Source: Chthoniobacteraceae bacterium
GTDB taxonomy: Bacteria > Verrucomicrobiota > Verrucomicrobiia > Chthoniobacterales > Chthoniobacteraceae
Direction: 5' to 3'
DNA length: 26,930 nt
Assembly: GCA_044376275.1 (NCBI GenBank)
Contig: JBILLC010000001.1
Location: 1-26,930 of the forward strand
Shown piece after piece: positions 8,346 through 17,014 of this stretch. The translations under genes were made by a program, and so were the position numbers. The notes under the pieces were generated by a model. It had not been told where the DNA came from, did not search any database, and was given only the letters and a program-made list of their open reading frames with translations. How positions within the stretch are numbered: position 1 is the stretch's first letter; every line of letters starts with the position of its first letter.

Positions 8346-9590
8346 TCACTTTTCGCGTTTCTGCCGCGTTGGGGTCATTTCCCGCCGCTTGCCATAGTAG
8401 CGTGCCAGCCCATCGGCGACGCCTGAGGCATACTCGGAAAGGATGCTTGCAACGCTCTCGCCGTCCACGCTCTTGAGTCCGCGGTAGTCGCCAAGCTGCA
8501 CTCTCTTCCACACAGGACTGCTATTCATCACATACGGCTCTAAAAATACCACGGGGACCTTGTAGAGCCGGTTCGCGAGCAGGTTCCGCGCGTACACATA
8601 CGGCCCTTCGCCGATCCGCTTCGCGTTGCTTGAAAAATAAGTGAACGGCGGCAGTCCACTGACTTCCGCCAGCGCCTCCGCCAATGTCTCGTTGAGCGGC
8701 ACCGACTCCTCTGCTGTGCGCGTGAACAAGTGTTCCAACATCTCGGCACGCACATCGTCCCATTCCAATTCGCGCGCGCCGTAACAGCCGTTCACCAAAG
8801 CATGCAGGTGGTTTCGCGGGATCAACTGTGGGTTCTCGGGATTGCCCCACTCCTCAGCGTTGAAATGCAGGCAAACCACTAAGTCCGGTTTCAGCTTTTC
8901 ATTAACCGCCTCCGCTCGTGCACGGATCTCGCTAATTCGATAAAAAAACAGCTCGCTGTGCAGCCGGATCCGTTCCGCATTCGGGCTGCCTGACAAATCC
9001 GCTGCCGCCGCCGCCTTCAGGCTCTTGGGGCGCGCCGTTGTCACTGGTTCGTTGCTCGAGCGTAGCAAAGATACCCGGGCGCCCCTGGCCTCCAGAAGCG
9101 GCTTGAGTTTTCGGGCTACCTGTAGAGTCAGATCGCCCTCCATCACTGGTTGGCTCTTGCCGATTTGAAAATAACGCGCTTCCATCTGCGCCCATTCCCC
9201 GCCCAGATGCCCCGGATCGATCGCAATGTGCAGGTCTTTTAAAGGCTTTGATTCCGGTGCCGCGGGAAGCTCCGATGCTTTCCGCCAGAACCGCGCCGGG
9301 CCGGGATTTTGCGGGGTTGTTTCCGATGCGAACGGCACGTTTACCCACTGGTCAGGACCGGTCCGCACCCGCACTGAATCATCCGTCACCTGAATGGATG
9401 CCGCACCGGCATCACCGGGAGCGTAGTGTTCGTCGAGGACACGTAAAAATTCCGCGCGAGTGAACGCATGGCTACAAGAAGCAAGCCACTCCCAGCTCGG
9501 AGCCTTTGCAAGCGGGCTGACTTTTTGAGCGGCGAGGCTGGTGTGCAGCCCGAGGTTGGCGCCCAGCCAAAACGCCCAGCTCAAGAGCAT
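8346..9590 (-). CDS. N-acetylmuramoyl-L-alanine amidase (Amidase_3), secreted, with N-terminal extension
   Basis: Zn-amidase motifs IAIDPGHLGG, EGDLTLQVA, RAEAVNEKLKPDLVVCLHFNA and VVFLEPYVMN. Probable signal peptide from the ATG at 9590 (the ORF is open to 9698). Confidence 0.82.
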   Translation of the reverse strand: MLLSWAFWLGANLGLHTSLAAQKVSPLAKAPSWEWLASCSHAFTRAEFLRVLDEHYAPGDAGAASIQVTDDSVRVRTGPDQWVNVPFASETTPQNPGPARFWRKASELPAAPESKPLKDLHIAIDPGHLGGEWAQMEARYFQIGKSQPVMEGDLTLQVARKLKPLLEARGARVSLLRSSNEPVTTARPKSLKAAAAADLSGSPNAERIRLHSELFFYRISEIRARAEAVNEKLKPDLVVCLHFNAEEWGNPENPQLIPRNHLHALVNGCYGARELEWDDVRAEMLEHLFTRTAEESVPLNETLAEALAEVSGLPPFTYFSSNAKRIGEGPYVYARNLLANRLYKVPVVFLEPYVMNSSPVWKRVQLGDYRGLKSVDGESVASILSEYASGVADGLARYYGKRREMTPTRQKREK

Positions 9591-9772
9591 TGATTTCACA
9601 ACGTGAATGATCCTCAGAACGCTTGGCGAAGACGACGAGGGAGTCTCGCGGATTTCGGCAAAATCGTGATCAACCGCGGTCGGCTGGGGGCGGGGCATGA
9701 TGGGGATGGTAACGCACTTCCGCCATCACGTCACGCGGGGCTGAACGCGGGCTGGAATCGGAACAAAGCGGC

Positions 9773-11062
9773 TTATTCTGCCTCGGCTGGCATGAGTTTT
9801 CTGGTGGCATCCATTGGCAGCACCAGCAGTCCGGCGACCACAAAGCATCCGGCGAGCGTCAGAAAAACGAACATTTTGCCATCGCCGCGTCCAATCCGCA
9901 TCAACCACGGGATGAGCAAAGCTCCAGCACTTGCGCCGAAATTACCCCACATGTTTCCCCAACCACCTGCGACAGCAGTGGCGCGTCCGCCCACATCGCC
10001 CATGAATGCCCAAAGGGCGGGGTTGGCAAGATCGGTGCATAGCGAAACGAGCGCACAGCAACTCACCAGAATCCAGGTGGATTCCGTAAGGGCGCAGCAT
10101 ATGTATGCGCCTGCGCAGACCGACATGGCACTTGCGATCGGCAAAAGCCTGCCCCAACGCAGTCCAAAACGGCGCGTGGACCAGTCGCAGTAAAACCCGC
10201 CCAGAATCTGGCCGAGCATCCCGAACCCCAAAATACAGGTGAGCATCCGCCCGCCTTCGATCTCACCGACGCCGCGCTCCTTCACCAGATAAGTCGGCAG
10301 CCATGTCACGAGGAATCCCCAGCCGATATTCTGAAGGACTTGAGCCGCTGAGTTGCACCACAGACTCCGACTTTTGAGCAAGCTACCCAAGGCGCGTTTA
10401 AACTCCCGGGCATTCAGCGGAGCTTCAACATTGGATTGGCCGATCAACTCGATTTCCGCTGCATTCACCTGCGGATGCTCGTGAGGGCTGGAACGTACGA
10501 CTCTCCAGAACACCAGCGCAACGAGGAGCCCGATTGCGCCATCAATCCAAAGCGAGGTTCGCCAGTTTCCAAGGGTTACAATCAGCCAGATGGTGAGGAA
10601 AGGCGCGAGCGTGCCACCAATGCGTCCGCCCAAAGCCACCATGCCACTCGCGGTGGCGCGGTCAGCGACGGGAATCCATTTGCGAACCATCGCCATCGAG
10701 GTTGGATAGGCCCCTGCCTCCGCAATTCCGCATAGCAACCGTGCCGCGAGCAGCCCTAAAAAGCTGGTGACAAAACCCGTCATCGCCGTAAACACCGACC
10801 AAAGTACGATGTAGATTGTCAGCATCGGCCGCGCACCGAACCGGTCGCTCGCCCACCCCGCCGGGACCTGCATGAGGGCGTAGGTGAAAAAAAACGCGCC
10901 AAGAACGCGCCCGATTTGTTCGCTTGTAAGTCCTAACTCGTTGTTAAACGAGGCGGACTTCACAATCTCGCCCATGCAAATCCGGTCGAGATAGAGGATG
11001 AAAGCCATCAACATCGTCACCCCGATGATGCGGTGGCGGATCTTTGTGGGATGGGGGTTCAT
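9773..11062 (-). CDS. MFS transporter, anion:cation symporter (sugar-acid, GudP/DgoT-like) type
   Basis: About 12 hydrophobic segments, YLDRICM, MFS motif A GWASDRFGARPML, RLLCGIAEAGAYP, WIPVADRATASG, WLPTYLVKERG and AGGWGNMWGNFG. The start is 11062 or 11110. Confidence 0.92.
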   Translation of the reverse strand: MNPHPTKIRHRIIGVTMLMAFILYLDRICMGEIVKSASFNNELGLTSEQIGRVLGAFFFTYALMQVPAGWASDRFGARPMLTIYIVLWSVFTAMTGFVTSFLGLLAARLLCGIAEAGAYPTSMAMVRKWIPVADRATASGMVALGGRIGGTLAPFLTIWLIVTLGNWRTSLWIDGAIGLLVALVFWRVVRSSPHEHPQVNAAEIELIGQSNVEAPLNAREFKRALGSLLKSRSLWCNSAAQVLQNIGWGFLVTWLPTYLVKERGVGEIEGGRMLTCILGFGMLGQILGGFYCDWSTRRFGLRWGRLLPIASAMSVCAGAYICCALTESTWILVSCCALVSLCTDLANPALWAFMGDVGGRATAVAGGWGNMWGNFGASAGALLIPWLMRIGRGDGKMFVFLTLAGCFVVAGLLVLPMDATRKLMPAEAE

Positions 11063-11462
11063 GGGGGGCTTCGGGGCAGACGATCCGGCGGGCGAACTTG
11101 GCGGCCGCATGGAAGTGCTATCTTAATGCGTGAGCCGTTGCCAGTCCTCTACTTCGGCAAGAGGCGACTTTGTCAGCGGATCCACCGGTAACCCGTGGAG
11201 CGTGGATCTCGGAAAGGCATCGCCGCACGTTGCGCCAAAAGCGAAACCCAAAAATGGCGTGCTTGCGCCCGCGGCAGAGGTAGAGAGGCAGACGACTCGA
11301 ATTTCTGAGCGGAATGGCTTCAGGACGCGAGGACACGCCAGCTTTCGAAAAGCGTGCTGGGGTTGCGATGTCCCGGAGCATCCCTTGTTTCTTTTCCTGC
11401 TCGCCTCGGGATTGCGCTGCGGCGCTCCGGATATGTACGATTGCCGGAACACCTCCCCAATC

Positions 11463-12806
11463 ATGCGATTCTTTACATCCAGCCTGCTTGCAATCAGCGC
11501 CTTCGCGTCCCCGCTCATCGCTCAGGTCGCCCCCTACGACATCTTTCCACCAGCAGAGCCCCCGTACTACCGGGTCCGATACGAGGCCTCGACCAAACCG
11601 GGTGAACTCATTTTTCCGGTTAACTACACGATATGGATTCCGCCAGGAACGCAGCCCGTGCGCGGCGTGATCGTCCACCAACACGGCTGCGGAGAGGGTT
11701 CCTGCAAGTCGGGATTGACAGGCGCGTTCGATCTGCATTGGCAGGCGCTCGCCGCTAAACATCAATGCGCGCTGCTTGCCCCCGCTTATGAACAGCCCGA
11801 GAAGGCGGATTGTCAGATGTGGTGTGATCCGCGCAATGGATCGAGCGCGGCCTTTCAAAAGGGGCTGGCTGATCTGGGCGCGCTTTCGGGTCATCCGGAA
11901 CTCGCGAAAGTGCCTTGGGCGCTTTGGGGCCACAGCGGCGGAGGGCATTGGGCGGGCGGAATGACATTGTTGCATCCCGAACGGGTCGCAGCGGCCTGGC
12001 TGCGCTCGGGCGTGCCATTGCTCACCGTGAACCCGAGCAGGGCCACCATCAAACCACACACGCTACCCGACGCCGCGCTGAAGGTTCCAATCATGTGCAA
12101 TCCGGGCACCAAGGAAGGTGTCACCGTCAAGGATGGACGCTTTGCCGGCGTGTGGCCCGCTAACGAGGAGTTTTTCACCCAGGTTCGCGCCAAAGGCGGG
12201 CTGATTGGCGTAGCCGTCGATCCTCTCACGGCACACGAATGCGGCAATCAACGTTACATGGCGATCGCCTGGCTGGACGCTTGCTTAAACCAGCGGCTGC
12301 CGAAACAAAACGGCGCGCCGCTCAACCCGATGGGGGACGAAGGCTGGCTGGCGCCGCTACTGGGCACTGAAGCCATCGCAGCCGCGAAGTTTGCTGGCGA
12401 CGCAAGCAAAGCGGTATGGCTTCCCAACGCCCGCGTCGCGGATCTATGGGCGCATTACGTGAAGGACACGGCCATCGGAGATAGTACTCCACCGCCGGCC
12501 CCGACCAATGTCCGCCTCAACGGCCGCGAACTCACCTGGCAGGCTGTTGCGGACCTTGAAAGCGGAATTTCGCATTTCAACATCGAGCGCGACGGGGAAG
12601 TGATTGGCAAAGTTCCAGAGGATTTAAAAAACTCCTTTGGCCGGCCGATTTTTCAGGGATTGCAGTACAGCGACACCCCTACTCAGCCTCTGGTAAAAAT
12701 GGCTTTCACCGACACCAAAGCCACGCCCGATCGCAAGCACACGTACCGGGTTATCGCCGTCAACACCGTGGGAATGGAATCGACCAAAACCGCCGCGCAG
12801 GAGTAG
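11463..12806 (+). CDS. Uncharacterised secreted alpha/beta-hydrolase-fold protein with C-terminal fibronectin type III-like domain
   Basis: Signal peptide [21 protein letters not shown]. Nucleophile elbow WGHSGGG, candidate catalytic His in TAHECG. The C-terminus PPAPTNVR...[22 protein letters not shown]...FTD...[10 protein letters not shown] is FN3-like. Confidence 0.72.
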   Translation: MRFFTSSLLAISAFASPLIAQVAPYDIFPPAEPPYYRVRYEASTKPGELIFPVNYTIWIPPGTQPVRGVIVHQHGCGEGSCKSGLTGAFDLHWQALAAKHQCALLAPAYEQPEKADCQMWCDPRNGSSAAFQKGLADLGALSGHPELAKVPWALWGHSGGGHWAGGMTLLHPERVAAAWLRSGVPLLTVNPSRATIKPHTLPDAALKVPIMCNPGTKEGVTVKDGRFAGVWPANEEFFTQVRAKGGLIGVAVDPLTAHECGNQRYMAIAWLDACLNQRLPKQNGAPLNPMGDEGWLAPLLGTEAIAAAKFAGDASKAVWLPNARVADLWAHYVKDTAIGDSTPPPAPTNVRLNGRELTWQAVADLESGISHFNIERDGEVIGKVPEDLKNSFGRPIFQGLQYSDTPTQPLVKMAFTDTKATPDRKHTYRVIAVNTVGMESTKTAAQE

Positions 12807-12919
12807 AGGGGGAGCGTCTTTGTTCGCTTGATCGACCCGCCATCTGCCCACTCGGGCGTCTGAGCCCTTCGGTCTCACGCAAATATTCGTAACTTCGAAT
12901 CAACCTAGCAATCCGGATC

Positions 12920-13246
12920 ATGCACGGTCAGTGTCCCATTTGCAGGCGGTTCGAGGCGCTCACGCGCCACCACCTCATCCCCCGCACCAGGCATCACAAT
13001 CGCAAAAACAAACGCGACTTTGCCCGGGACACAGTCCAGCAGACCCTCGGGATTTGCCGCCCCTGCCATTCGCAGATTCACGCTGTGCTGACCGAAAAAG
13101 AGCTGGAACGGGAATGGAACACACTTGAACGGCTGCAATCGCACCCCGAGATCCAGCGTTTCGGCGAATGGATGTCCAAAAAACCGCGCGGGTTTAAATG
13201 CGTGACCCGGGCGAGCGCTCAGAAGGGACTACTCCGGCGCTCGTAA
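12920..13246 (+). CDS. Small HNH-like zinc-binding protein (YisB-like)
   Basis: CPIC...LTRHHLIP...ICRPCHSQIH...TEKELEREWNTLERLQSHPEIQRFGEW matches my recollection of the Bacillus YisB-like HNH family. Confidence 0.8.
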   Translation: MHGQCPICRRFEALTRHHLIPRTRHHNRKNKRDFARDTVQQTLGICRPCHSQIHAVLTEKELEREWNTLERLQSHPEIQRFGEWMSKKPRGFKCVTRASAQKGLLRRS

Positions 13247-13388
13247 ATAATGGCTTGCAACCCCGGGCCGGCGGCAGCGGGCGGGGGTAGGCGGAGAGGT
13301 TTCGCTGATTTTTTTGAACATAACCACCCTCTGGGCTGTCTTTTTGAAGGTCAACCTGTCTTTCTGACACCCCTTTTCCCCTACCCTC

Positions 13389-14345
13389 ATGATCCAAGTC
13401 CGAAATCTAAAGAAAACGTTTGGCCCGAAAGTTGCCGTGAGCGGCATCAGTTTCGAGGTCAAGAAAGGCGAAGTGCTTGGCTTCCTCGGGCCCAACGGCG
13501 CGGGCAAGAGCACCACGATGCGAATGGTCACCGGGTTCATCCCTCCCACCGACGGGGAGGCGATCATCGGCGGCTTCAACATCGTTGAAAACCCCATCGA
13601 AGCGAAACGCCTCATGGGATACCTGCCCGAAAACGCGCCGTCTTACGCGGACATGACGGTGCTGGGTTTCCTGAACTTCGCCGCCGAAATGCGCGGACTC
13701 AGCGGATCGGCGCAGAGAACCGCGGTGCGCAGCGCGGTCGAGATGTGTTTTCTGGACAATGTGCTCCACCAAAGCGTCGAGACGCTTTCGAAAGGCTACC
13801 GCCACCGGACCTGTTTCGCGCAATCCATCATTCACGACCCCGAGGTGCTCATTCTCGACGAGCCCACCGATGGATTGGATCCGAACCAGAAGCACGAGGT
13901 TCGGACGCTGATCCGCAAGATGGGGGAAACCAAGGCCATCATTTTTTCGACCCACATTCTCGAGGAGGTCGAGGCGGTTTGCTCGAGGGCGATCATCATC
14001 GACCGCGGAACCATCGTTGCGAATGGCACGCCAGCAGAACTCAAGCGCCGCTCGGTTTCAGCGGGCGCCATCAGCATTCGGATTGCCTCCGGCAACGCAC
14101 GGGACATCGCCTCGAAAATTGAAGGCATCAGCCCGGTGGAACGCACCACGATTGTCAGCGAGTCGCCCGTTGCGATCCGCGTGTTTCCGCGTAAAAACAT
14201 TTCGAACAGCGATTTTGCCCGCGCCCTTGCCGAGGCCGCTTTCAAAGAGCAATGGCCGCTGCTTGAACTTCACACCGAGGAGGGGCGCCTCGACGAGGTT
14301 TTCCGCAACATCACTCTTCCCGACACCAAGGCTTCCAACAAGTAG
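13389..14345 (+). CDS. ABC transporter ATP-binding protein, GldA-like
   Basis: Walker A GPNGAGKST, family-typical variant signature LSKGY, Walker B LILDEPTDGLDP and H-loop STHILEEV. Confidence 0.95.
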   Translation: MIQVRNLKKTFGPKVAVSGISFEVKKGEVLGFLGPNGAGKSTTMRMVTGFIPPTDGEAIIGGFNIVENPIEAKRLMGYLPENAPSYADMTVLGFLNFAAEMRGLSGSAQRTAVRSAVEMCFLDNVLHQSVETLSKGYRHRTCFAQSIIHDPEVLILDEPTDGLDPNQKHEVRTLIRKMGETKAIIFSTHILEEVEAVCSRAIIIDRGTIVANGTPAELKRRSVSAGAISIRIASGNARDIASKIEGISPVERTTIVSESPVAIRVFPRKNISNSDFARALAEAAFKEQWPLLELHTEEGRLDEVFRNITLPDTKASNK

Positions 14346-14350
14346 ACCTC

Positions 14351-15085
14351 ATGAAATCCATCATCACGATCGCAAAGCGTGAACTCACCGGCTATTTCGC
14401 GTCGCCGGTGGCATTCGTGTTCATCGTCATATTTCTCATCCTGTCGGGTTTTTTCAGCTTCATGGTGGGAGGCTTCTTCGAACGCGGCCAGGCGAGCTTG
14501 GAATCGTTCTTTGCATGGCACCCTTGGCTGTACCTTTTCTTAGTCCCGGCCGTCGGCATGCGGATGTGGAGTGAGGAACGCCGGCTGGGAACAATCGAGC
14601 TACTGCTCACCATGCCAGTGACCCCCTGGCAGGCCATTGTCGGAAAATTCGTCGCCTCATGGGCCGTTGTCGCGCTCGCCCTGGTGCTGACTTTTCCGAT
14701 GTGGATCACCGTTAATTATCTGGGCAACCCCGATAACGGCGTGATCCTTGCGGGTTACGTTGGAAGTTTCCTGATGGGTGGCGCCTACCTCTCCATCACC
14801 GCGATGACATCGGCAATGACACGCAACCAGGTGGTCGCGTTCATCGTCTCGGTGGTCCTGTCGCTCTTCCTCATCCTCGCGGGGTATCCGCCGGTCACTA
14901 ACATGTTGGTGAGCTGGGCCAAACCATGGATCGTCGAGGCGATCGCCTCTTTCAGCGTGATGACTCATTTCGAGGGCCTGCAGAAGGGCGTGCTCGATTC
15001 ACGCGACATCCTCTACTTCCTTTCGGTGATCGGCTTTTCGTTATTCTCAACCAGCGTCATCGTTCGCACACACCGCGCCGGCTAA
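14351..15085 (+). CDS. ABC-2 type permease, GldF-like
   Basis: Six TM segments, with IAKRELTGYFASPVAF, MRMWSEERRLGTIELLLTMP and HFEGLQKGVLDSRDILYF. Confidence 0.92.
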   Translation: MKSIITIAKRELTGYFASPVAFVFIVIFLILSGFFSFMVGGFFERGQASLESFFAWHPWLYLFLVPAVGMRMWSEERRLGTIELLLTMPVTPWQAIVGKFVASWAVVALALVLTFPMWITVNYLGNPDNGVILAGYVGSFLMGGAYLSITAMTSAMTRNQVVAFIVSVVLSLFLILAGYPPVTNMLVSWAKPWIVEAIASFSVMTHFEGLQKGVLDSRDILYFLSVIGFSLFSTSVIVRTHRAG

Positions 15086-15106
15086 ACTTTTCACCCCTCC
15101 AAAAAC

Positions 15107-16999
15107 ATGAAGAACAAAGGTCTTTCCACATGGCTTTACTCGTCACTCGGAGTGGTGGCGATGTTTCTAATCATCGTGATCGTCAACGCACTCGCTTCCA
15201 CTTTGAGAACGCGCATGGATTTGACGGCTGAGCATGCCTACACGCTTTCCAACGGAACACGCTCGATTTTAGCGAAGCTCGATACCCCGATTCAAATCCG
15301 CTTTTACTGCACGCGCGGCGACAACCGCATGCCGGTCTTCTTAAAGACTTACGCGCAGCGTGTGGAGGATCTGCTCGGCGAATTCCGCCAGGCGTCTAAA
15401 GGGCAAATCGAAATTCAAAAGCTGGATCCCGTGCCGGATTCAGATGCCGAGGATTCCGCGAAACTCGATGGCATCGAGGGACAGGCACGCATGGATGGAG
15501 AGCCGATTTACCTTGGCTTGAGCGTCAGCATGCTCGACCAGAAGCAGGCGCTTCCCTTCCTCGCACCGGATCGCGAACGTCTACTCGAATACGATCTTGC
15601 GCGTGCGATCTCCCGCGTGATCAGCAATGAACGTCCGGTGGTGGGCGTGATGAGTTCACTCCCTTACGGAGGAACTCCCAGCAATCCGATGATGGCGCGC
15701 ATGGGACAGCAGGGACAACAGCCCTGGGCCATTATCAGCGAACTCAAGCGTGACTTCACCATTAAGGACGTTCCGCCTACCTCCGAGGAGATCCCATCGG
15801 ATGTGAAGGTGCTGCTTTTAATTCATCCAAAGGGAGTCACTGACGCTGTCCAGTACGGGATCGATCAGTTTGTGTTGCGAGGCGGAAAACTGATTGCCTT
15901 CCTCGATCCCCAGAGCGTGCTCGACCGGAGCGGCGCTGGAAACCCGATGGGCATGAGCATGGGGAGCAAATCCTCCATTGACAAACTCATGAGCGCGTGG
16001 GGCATCTCCTTCGACTCTAGCAAGGTCGTGGCGGACTTGGATTTCGTGGGACGCACCAGGGAGGGGCGCCAGCCAGCCGTGCTTGCGTTGAATGAGAAAG
16101 CCACCAACCGCGACGACATCGTTAGCTCGGACGCCAACAACTTGTTCTTCGTCTTCGCCGGCGCATTTTCGGGTACGCCGGTTGAAGGATTGAAACAGAC
16201 CATTCTTCTGCACAGCTCCAAAAACTCGCAGCTGGTGGATCCGATGAGTGCGCAGTTTGGCGGCGAGCGAATCATCAAGGACTTTACTTCCTCCAATACA
16301 GAGCACCCGCTCGCGCTGCGTTTAACGGGCAAGTTCAAAACGGCTTTCCCAGGCGGCAAACCCGGCGCAGCCCCTGCGGGCGAAGGCAAGGATGCCAAAC
16401 CAGCAGCAGCCGGGCTTCAGGAATCCTCGCAGGAAAGCGCGGTTTTGTTGATCGGTGATGTGGACTTCATCCAGGACCAGATCGCGGTGCAAGAGGTGAT
16501 GAATCCATTTGGTGGCCAGCGCATGGTCATGCCGGCGAACGCCAACCTGGCCTTCGCACAGGGCGCGATCGAACAAATGGCGGGCGACAGTAATCTGGTT
16601 TCCGTGCGCAGCCGTGCTTCGCGGGAACGCCAGTTTACGGTCGTGAAAGAAATGCAGGCCAAAGCCGAGTCGGCGTTCCAAACGAAGATCAAGAGCCTTG
16701 AGACGAGCCTCGCCGAGGCACAACAAAAACTCAATGAACTGCAGCGTAACAAAGCGGATAAAGGAGGCGGCCAGCGCTTCATTCTTTCACCGGAGCAACA
16801 GCGCGAGATCGCAAACTTCCGGAATAAGGAGCGCGAGGTGAAGGTGCAGCTCAAGGAAGAGCGCAAGAAGCTCCGAGTCGGAATCGACTCCCTCGAAAAC
16901 ACCATCAAATGGATCAACATCGCCCTGATGCCCGCGCTCGTTGCGGGGGCCGGGGTCGGCCTCGCGATCCTCCGTCACAAACGCCGTGCAGCCCGTTAA
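15107..16999 (+). CDS. GldG-family ABC-associated periplasmic protein (ABC_transp_aux/GIFT domain) with C-terminal coiled coil and TM anchor
   Basis: N-terminal TM, RMDLTAEHAYTLSNGTRSIL, LEYDLARAI, YGIDQFVLRGGKLIAFLDP, LIGDVDF and N.AFAQGAIEQMAGDSNLVSVRSR, then a heptad coiled coil and a C-terminal TM followed by RHKRR. Confidence 0.85.
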   Translation: MKNKGLSTWLYSSLGVVAMFLIIVIVNALASTLRTRMDLTAEHAYTLSNGTRSILAKLDTPIQIRFYCTRGDNRMPVFLKTYAQRVEDLLGEFRQASKGQIEIQKLDPVPDSDAEDSAKLDGIEGQARMDGEPIYLGLSVSMLDQKQALPFLAPDRERLLEYDLARAISRVISNERPVVGVMSSLPYGGTPSNPMMARMGQQGQQPWAIISELKRDFTIKDVPPTSEEIPSDVKVLLLIHPKGVTDAVQYGIDQFVLRGGKLIAFLDPQSVLDRSGAGNPMGMSMGSKSSIDKLMSAWGISFDSSKVVADLDFVGRTREGRQPAVLALNEKATNRDDIVSSDANNLFFVFAGAFSGTPVEGLKQTILLHSSKNSQLVDPMSAQFGGERIIKDFTSSNTEHPLALRLTGKFKTAFPGGKPGAAPAGEGKDAKPAAAGLQESSQESAVLLIGDVDFIQDQIAVQEVMNPFGGQRMVMPANANLAFAQGAIEQMAGDSNLVSVRSRASRERQFTVVKEMQAKAESAFQTKIKSLETSLAEAQQKLNELQRNKADKGGGQRFILSPEQQREIANFRNKEREVKVQLKEERKKLRVGIDSLENTIKWINIALMPALVAGAGVGLAILRHKRRAAR

Positions 17000-17014
17000 T
17001 CAAAACCGCATATC

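Noticed and set aside
9595-9607. TTCAC-AAC-GTGAA palindrome at the amidase 5' end
   Set aside because: The arms are only 5 bp, it directly abuts the proposed start, and it has no second copy. It is compatible with chance.
13305-13367. Direct repeats as a mini CRISPR array
   Set aside because: The units are only 12 bp with 8-nt spacing, there are two to three copies, and no cas genes are present.
12807-13388. HNH gene plus flanking sequence as an RNA-guided system (IscB/HEARO-like) or homing element
   Set aside because: The protein is only 108 aa with no RuvC, bridge helix or PLMP motif. The flanks are short (~113 and ~142 nt), with no terminal repeats or intron features.
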